Shown here: piece after piece, positions 53,001-62,367 of the stretch | Layout of the letters: every line of letters begins with the position of its first letter | Position numbering within the stretch: the first letter of the stretch is position 1 | Source of the DNA: Paragordius varius | Lineage: Eukaryota; Animalia; Nematomorpha | DNA: 64,000 nucleotides | Assembly (NCBI GenBank): GCA_964247055.1 | Contig: OZ176050.1 | Span: forward strand, 7,254,001 to 7,318,000 | Direction of reading: 5' to 3' | Program-made: the position numbers and the translations under genes | The notes under the pieces: model-generated | What the model saw: only the letters and a program-made list of their open reading frames with translations | What the model was told of the DNA's origin: nothing | Database searches by the model: none

Positions 53001-56000
53001 TTCGTTTATAACACATTTATCAATTATAAAGAATAAATTAAATGCAAAAAATATAATATAAAAAAATTATACCCTGGAGAGATACATGTTCAGCTTTACT
53101 ACGCATAGCGGCCGCGGCTTTGGCTCTATCATTAAGCCTTAAATAACGGGTCAGATAACTAGAAAAATAAAAAACATTAAAATAAATTAATAAAAATTTA
53201 CACGTATAAAGTCAATTAAATTTTCTCTTTCTAACTAATCTTTTACTACATTTTAAAATTGAAAAATTTTAAAATTTATTGATACTAAAAATCGGTACAT
53301 AAATAACATCATTGCCATATTTTCAATAATTATAAAATTTTATACAAAATAAAAAGTTTAATAAAAAATAAATTCGTCAAAAACACTTGGTGTAAAAAAT
53401 CTTAAATGATTACATTATTTGGCTATAATTTTGGGTTTAATACAGCAAAAAGGAACAAATTTGTTAGCACAAACTAAAATTTGCTCTGATCTCAAATACA
53501 AATTTAGCAATATTTTTGGGGGCTAAAAATAGCCAAAATATATAATACCCAAGTATCAGGACAACGCGTTCAATTTGACCACAACCTAACAATTCAACCA
53601 ATTGTTTTGGATGGTATTGCGGTAATTTTCCAGCCAAGAAAAGACTTTCAAAAAGGTTATGGGACCCAGGAGAAAATAGTACAGATTCCCCCAAATCAGC
53701 CGCCATATTATCTAGGGAAGCTATAAATAATAATTTAAATTTGTACCCGTAACATATTTATATGGAGTATAAATTTTTGGGTAAGGGGGTTAAAATTTTT
53801 GAAAAAATAATATACTATGGTATTTTGGCTTAAAATAAATTATCAACCATCATCCATAATTATGTATTGAATAAATTTTCAGTTTTTTTATTTCTATAAT
53901 TCTAACGTTGGATATTATTCATATTAAAATAAGGCAAACAGATTTATAAAAAAAATAATCATTATTTGCTGTTAATTTGGAATTAAGTGCATTTCATTAA
54001 TAATATTCGTTATCATAATACGTGTTATAAGCCCGTATTTTAAACAAAATTTTTCTAAAAAAAATATGGAATGAAAAGGATAATACCGATTTCTTTTCAG
54101 TTTTACATTTTAAACAATACATTTTTAATGTATATTTTTGATTTAGTACCCAAATTAATATATGATTTGGAAAAACTAGATATGAATTCGCTCTGTGAGG
54201 TAGATAAAAGGTACCGAATTGTTAAAGTCAGAAAACATTTCTGCCTTAGAATGGACCCTATTCTGATTTAAATGTTTCTCTTTTAAAAAACTCAATAATA
54301 TACCATTCGCACTGCGAGAGTGTCCTTCACTTCAAGATAGTCCTTGAACATTTCAAGTTGGTCCGTAAACATTATAGGTTCGTCCTTGAACATTTAAAAT
54401 TGGAACACTTCAAGTTGCTCCTTAAAATTATTAAATTTTGATTTAACTATAATTAATGCATTTATTTTTTATTTTATTGAAACCACTTTTTTGTTACAAA
54501 CAATTTTTTTCCAATTTAACAAAATTATTAACTTTAATTGTTTCCAATGAAAAATTGTTGATAATAACCCAGAAAACTGATTTATTTTATTAAGTGTTAA
54601 ATATCCAAAATAATTTTAGGAAATTAATAAAGATATACGGTTTCTGAATGATTAAAAGTTGATATTGATTTAAAATTTATGTTAAAGAAAATAGGTCAAA
54701 AACGATAAAATAGATGAATGATATACGATTTGATTGATAAAAGTTAAAGCAAAACAAATAGTCAAAAGACCAAGTGTTTAAGGACCAACTTGAAGTGTTC
54801 AAGGACCAACTTGAAATGTTCGAGGATCAACTTGAAGTGTTCAAGAACACTCTTGATGTGCTAATGGTATATTAAGTAAATTTGATATTCTTAAAAGCAA
54901 CATAATGATATCATTCATAAAAGTTAAAAATATATACAAAACCACATTATATAAATTTTAAAACAGCAAACGAAAACTTATGTAATTTTCAATATTACTT
55001 TTAAAAAATATAATACACATCATACTATAGTAAATACAATTTTATATATTCTGATATTTTATACAAAAAAATCATGTATACCCACCCATTCGATATTCGC
55101 TAAATGGATCAAAGCGTGCCGCTATGCTAGCTAGAGTATTGGCTAAATTAGCGACATTTTTGTAATTTGAAGAATTACTTTCACCAACATTGCTCGGTGG
55201 TGCTTTTGGAGGGTTTACAGACATCCCTATAAAATAAAAAATTCATTGCACGTTATATAATACGTATTGGCATAAGATAAAAAAAGGTATAAATTAAAAA
55301 AACAATGTTTTTCATCATAAAGACAACCAATATACTCATATATGCTTTGATTTTTCCAATAAAAACTCTGTTATTACAAGTATGGAAAATATTAAAAAAA
55401 GTATTAGGAATTTACACCTCCTTTTTATATTTTGAGATCCAAAACGATAAATTATACGACGACAAGAAATCTATGTTAATGTTAAAAAAGTATGGCTGTC
55501 TCTTTAAAATTCGAATAGTAGTATTTTAATTTTTATGTTTGATTTTGATAATTATTATTTTTACTCCTTATAAGAATATAAAAGTTGTTAAGTGTAACTA
55601 AATTACTTCTGTTTGAGCCAACTTCGCTTGAAACATCATTGACAATTTTAAGTGGTGGTTGTGTCATGTCTTTGTCCACAATTTTGGAGGTAGAAATTTC
55701 GGCGTTTTGATTAAATACATTCGAAGCTGCGAGTAAAGCAGGCAAATGTGTTTTACTCCCTAATGTCAATGACAGGAAAATATAAAATAAGTAAAAAGTC
55801 ACAACTAAAATCACAAATTGACAAAACATAAAAATTTAGGACCGATATTTTTGATTCTTTATTTTTTGTTAATATTTATATGATTACATTGCGAAATAAA
55901 TTGAGTGTGTTATTAATTCGCAAATCAAAAAGACGATAGGTTAAAATTTGAAAAATATGATGATCATTATAATTATAGGTTTTTACTTTTATTTTTCTGT

Positions 56001-56996
56001 CTTTATAACTTAATATTTTTACTATGAAAAAAATAAAAATACCTAATTTAGAGATTTTTTTGATGTGAGATGAGAGCTTTCGATTAGCATTTCCAATTTC
56101 CAACGGTTGATTCGATGAGTTGGGTGTAGATTGCTTTTGAGAAGTTGTTATACTTTTATAAGGACTCGTTTTAGATCTGTGGGAAACTTTATGTTTATTT
56201 TTGGGTGCCAAAGTAGTTCCCACATTTATATCATCCATAATCCGTTTAATATGACTATTATTATTGGCTGCATTAATGTTAGAATCCGCATTACTACTTA
56301 TTGTCGGTTCAAACGGCGGTATTACCAATTGAGACATGTCTATTGTATAAAAAAGCAAATATGTACAAGAAGGAGTTTATACAATAAAATTTAAATTTAT
56401 TAGGGTGTAGGTGTTTCATAGTAAAAGAAAATTAATTACATTTAGTGTTCCAACAATGCGTAAAACATTTAAGAGCCTGATCAGCACTAAAAATAAAGGC
56501 CCCATTGCGAATCCAACTGGCAAGTATTGGAGGACATAGGTTAGGATCACCTTCCATTTCTAACGAAATCATTTAAAAATTATAATATTTGGGTAAACTT
56601 GGCTTTATTAATAAGGTAATTAAAAGAAAAACCTTTAAAATATTATCTAAGAAACGCGAATTTATCCTAGCTAAGAAGTAAAAAAAAAGTTATTTTATGA
56701 TAATTTTAACATAATAAATGAATCAAAAACTGCGTTCAGTGTGTGTTTCATTTCCGAAAATTCAATATTTCGATGACAATAAGATATCAAAACCAACACA
56801 AAATACATACCATAATTGTATATTTCACAACCTTATGCAAACAATTATTTATGATATACGATATACGTATAGTAAGGAATTTAATTTATAAAATCAAAAA
56901 TATATATTTTCGTATAAAATTTCTCTCGTCATGGATAAAAATCACACAATATCAATGAATTATTTGATCAAAAATAATCCATCGTATCGAAAATAG

Positions 56997-57029
<33 letters not shown>

Positions 57030-60000
57030 TGGATTTTATTACGGACCTTTTTAATTTTACACAATTTTCAATAACATAAAATATAAATCTTATAGGTGAT
57101 TTTTGTAACCTTGTTCGGCATCCATTATACGATGTGGGTCCGGTAAAGACTTTTGTTGGGAAAGTAAATACTCGGATGTAGCACTCGCAATGCAAGTCCT
57201 AGCCATTAAAATCCATTTATTTTGAGTCCCGCCGCTAGTCGGTGAATTATTATTTGCGTCACCCGTAGATGCGATATTGGGTATCCCTAAACCTTATCAT
57301 CATACAAAAAATGGGAAGATAGATATTATATTACCGAATGAGGAAAGGTGCATCAATTAGTAAAAAATTATTTAATAACATTTAAAATTTAAGTCCAACA
57401 TCTAATTTTTCTTTATCTAAATCCATCCAAAAACATTTCAAATTAACCTTTAAAATTATTGTTTTCTAGGCAAAAATACCATAATTATATATTTGTTTTT
57501 TTGCCTCTAATTTGTTAATTAGGAACACTTTATCATTTTTCAAAAATGTATTTGATATGATAAAAATATTAATTTTTTACGAAAAAATTATAAACTATGC
57601 TGAAACTATTTAAACCAAAATACATATTTAGAACAAATAAAAATATAAATTTTAATATTAGAATTTTTAGTGTTAGGGTAAAAAGTTAAATTTTTTTACT
57701 ATTAACATCAAAATAAACTTATATTAATCACAAAAATCGGTATAGATATTACCACCATAGAATTGCTAATTACAAAACTATTTTTAACTGTGATGAAAAT
57801 CTTTTTTTTTCAAATACGTTTATTTTTATTTTTATAAAAATACAAAAAGATATAGGGAAAACCTTTATTTGAATGTTGATAAATATAATCACTGCGAGCC
57901 ATATTAAAATTGGCCGCTCCATATGGGAAATAGCCATAAAGCCAAGCGATATAACTTAAAACTTGAGTTCCTTTCCTCAAATTAATTTCATCTTGTTGGT
58001 TATGGTGAATCTCTAAGAAATAAAAATAAAAATTTATTTAATTGTTTTCAAACAAAAAGTACAAAAATTAAAATTACCACATGAATAAATATTGCTAGTT
58101 TTTTTAATTATTGCTAGAAAGCATATAAAAATATATTATTGGCTTAGAGGAGTTATATTTGGACTTTTTATTGTTATTCAATAATAATGCTCTTTGTTTC
58201 ATATACTATCCGGCAATATTTAATAAAAAATTAGCAATGTATAGGTATTAATATTGTATAAAGACAAGATCTAAACTTTGAAAAACACATACATTTTAAT
58301 ACAGCAGCCATGCTTTTTTAAACCATGATTTTTTGAAATAAAATCTTTTGAATTATAATTGTGAAATATCTAACATAGCATGTTAATTACCAATTTTTCG
58401 ATTCCTTAATTTAAAACTAAAAACATAAATAATACATAATAGTATGGTTAAAAAATATTGCCTTATATTATATTTTTGTATTTACCAATTTTGATATATT
58501 TTATAATTTGATCATAACTTACTCATATTTCGTGTAATTATCAACAAAAGGTAGGTCCCATCTTGACAAGGGAGCCATTGAACTTTTATATATCTCCCAG
58601 GACTATGTATTATATAAAATAAAAATTAAATATAAATTAAGCAAGTAAAATTTATATAATTACCATACTTTCAGCTAAATATATATAATTCAAAAAGTAA
58701 ATGATACAGTAAAAACTAAAATCATAAAGCCAAAAAAATCAACCATATTTTGTAAAACTTAATTTATTAAATGCTTATCGTGAGTTAATAAAGGAAATGA
58801 TATTTCAAAATCGTAATTATATAGTTAATGTAAAAAAGGCTTAAAAAGTATGGGCGTCTTTCAGGTGTGGAAAAAATATTTGTATTTTAGTTTTAAGATT
58901 TTGCCTTTACAATTTTATTTTTTACTGTACATTTTGTCTTAATTACTATCAGCATTTCAAAAAGTTTGACAAATCATAAATAAGTAATAATTTGGCCTTA
59001 CTTGGCATAAAAGCGTTCAACATACAATTCATCATCTGAGTAATCCTGAGTAGTTTTATTCTTGCTATTGAGCATTTCCATGGTAATTGCATCCGAAATA
59101 AAAGGATTTAGAATGGGCAATGTAAATTTATCCTCTAAAATCCAATCTGAACCTCCACTTGATTCGCATTCAAAAATTAGGACTTTGAAAACTGTTTGTA
59201 TACAGATATCAATTACAGGTAAAAATTAAAATTATAAAGATAAAGTGTAAAATATTTTTTTAATAAAAACGATATTTTTTAATTTATAACTATATAAATA
59301 ACGTAAACAAAAAAACTTTTTTGTTCAGTTTCACGAGGATGTGAGAGTATTTCATCGTTGAGACTTCCAATTTTTCGCCATCTAAGACTTGTGTTGGGCG
59401 GTATTATACAGCAAATTCTACCATCTAAAAGATATATAAAGACAACAAGTAATAACTAATAGATTAACTAATAAATTTTAATAATACCATATTTTTAAAC
59501 TTATATATTTACCATGATTAACTAGAAGTTTTACCAATCTACATCTCCATTTTTAAGTTAATAACCCAAAACAAAAGGCATATTATATTAAAAAATCAAT
59601 TATAGTGTCATTTTATATTTGAAAAATACAAGCGTATCGATTATTTTCCGTTTTATATTCTTTAAATTTATAGTGTATTAATATGAATATACAGCAAGAA
59701 AATTTATGATATTATACAAAAAATAAAAAGTAACCATAAAAGGGAGCAATCGCTAAGGCGACACAAGAGGTCTGCAATTTAATAGAACTGGTCCCTCGGC
59801 GATGTTGAAGCAATTTGCTGGGATCGACTGGTCTATACATGTAGGGCATGTTCCATTCTCTCCATATTAAAGCCACTGTATAAAAAAAGAAATCATAAAA
59901 TATGGTACAGTAAAAATTGAAATTATACGGACAAAACGTGAAAATAAAAGGACAAATATATTTTCATAAAAGACAACCACACTTAAATCTTGATTTTTAT

Positions 60001-62327
60001 AAATATAATTCATTGTTTAAAATGATAAAAATTAACTAACACAATCAATTCCATATTTAAAATTGTATTAAATAAATATGAGAAAATTAAGGAAAAAATA
60101 GTTGGCTTTTCAATTAAAACATTTGTCTTTAAATTTTGCGTTTTGTCCGTATAATTTCAGTTTTGACTGTACGTTTATTTGAAGAACTGATGTCATATAA
60201 AGTTAGAGATAATGAAAAGACGCTTCGAATCTGACATTTGTTCTCAAATAATACGACCAAAAAGAAATATTGCGTAAAAGTTGCCTACAAACGCTTAAAA
60301 TTATTTCACCTTCATTTTTAATTGAATAGAAAAGGTTATAGTGGCGCAAGAATAAAGCAAATATCTGCAAAATACGAAAGCCCAAAAAATTTAAGTCAAA
60401 TCTAAAAAAGCCTAAACATATATCTAATTTAACCAAATATATCAACCATGTTCTTTTAATTCTTGCAAAAAAAGAATAATTTATCAAATTTATATATATA
60501 TATATGCACTGTGTGCAAAAAAAAATTTAACGAAAAAATATTTTTTTCATGAGATAGCTTATGACCAGCGTATTCATTTGCCGCAAAAATTTTTATTTGT
60601 TGACAACCTAGTTTTTGAAATATTGAAAGAAAATCGAAATCGGGCAAAGAAAATTAAGGATAATTAAGGATAATTCAAAAAATAAAGATAAAATCTAAAA
60701 TATTATCGTTTATTATCATTTTAGGATATATTTTCAATATATAAATAGCCTAAAATCATATAGTTAGGGTTTCTATAAAATTTCAGCTCAAAAGATGGCG
60801 TTTTTTTAACACACTCACAAGACAAATTTTTTTTTATAAAATTATATTAAAATATTTTTCTAATTATTTACTACCTAAACTCACTATTAAAATCTTAACA
60901 TTCATATTTTATTCAGAAAACAAACTTCTATATCAAAATAAAACCAAAAATTTTGTTTTTTATTTTTGCATTTTTTTGTCATCTGGTTTATGAATAGATA
61001 AAAAATTTATACTGTTTTATTTTGGATTCTTACATGAGTGGGAATTATTAAGTTTATAATTTATGCAAAATAGGATTGAAAATTAGTGGGATATCAACCA
61101 ACAATCCGTACAAATCCCAATACATATATTAATTTGTCATAAAACAGACTTGTTACAGGAAATTGTAAGGATTGTTGGATGATATTCCACTACGTTTAAT
61201 CCTATTTTGCATAATTTATATAGTTAATAATTCCCTCTCATGGAAGAATCCAAAATAAAACAGTATAAATTTTTTATACCCTCATAAACCGGATGACAAA
61301 AAATGCAAAAATAAAAAACAATTTTTTGGTTTTATTTTGATTTAGAAATTTATTTTACTGGATAAAATATGAATGTTAAGATTTTAATAGTGAGTTTAGG
61401 TAGTAAATAATTAAAAAAATATATTATAATATAGTTTAATTAAATTTTTTTTGTCTTGTGAGTGTGTTAAAAAAACGCCATCTTTTGACCTAAAATTTTA
61501 TAGAAACCCTAATTATATAATTTTAGGCTATTTATATATTAAAAATATCTCCTAAAATGATAATAAACGATAATATTTCAGATTTTATCATTATTTTGAA
61601 TTATCCTTAATTATCCTTAATTTTCACTTTTTGCCCAATTTAGATTTTCTCTCAATATTTCAAAAACTAGGTTGTCAACATATAAAAAATTTTGCGGCAA
61701 ATGAATACGCTGGTCATAAGCTATCTAAAAAAATTTTTTCGTTAATATGTGACCCTCGTTTTTGCACACAGTGCATATATTTACCTTGGCGACCAGTTTC
61801 GATTTCATTGCCATTTCGTTCATTTTTACCTGTGTCAGCGTTATTTGTTAGCGTATAAGGATCGATGACACATTTAAGGAATCGCACAGTGGCATCACTA
61901 CATGCAATGACAAGACTGTAAGGACTGTCCAATGCATCAACCGCCGAAATTGTTATAATGTCCACATACATTGGGAGAGCAATCGGCCAAAACCCACAAA
62001 AGTTTATGGGCGTGGAATCATCAACATTTTCTGATTAAATTATTTATGCAAATAAGTAATACTTTATTTCCATATTTTTTTAGTTTCATTTCAATATATA
62101 TATATATATATATATATATTAGATTTTCAGACAAAAGAAAATTAATCTTATCAACCCAATAACGGATTTTTTTTAAAATAGAGAAACAATTTATCGTTAT
62201 TTATAATGTCCATATATATATTGCAAGTGCAAAATTGGGCAGAGGGCGGAAAATCATCAGTATGTTTCTGATTAAATTATTTATGCAAATAAGTAATACT
62301 TACATATCTTTTTAATTTCACTTTACA

Positions 62328-62367
<40 letters not shown>

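Noticed and set aside
60507-61773. Termini CACTGTG/CACAGTG equal the V(D)J RSS heptamer, suggesting a Transib/ProtoRAG relative
   Set aside because: Transib-type elements make 5-bp target duplications. Here the 5-bp flanks do not match (ATATG/CATAT; ATATA/TATAT in the second copy), only TA-type even-length repeats fit, and there is no transposase. A CACTG-ended CMC-like element is simpler.
39405-61858. Three similar ORFs (39405-39719, 60456-60647, 61631-61858) sharing ANEYAGHKLS as a small gene family
   Set aside because: They are translations of the same repeat arm, mostly with non-ATG starts, and the frame is not conserved between copies.
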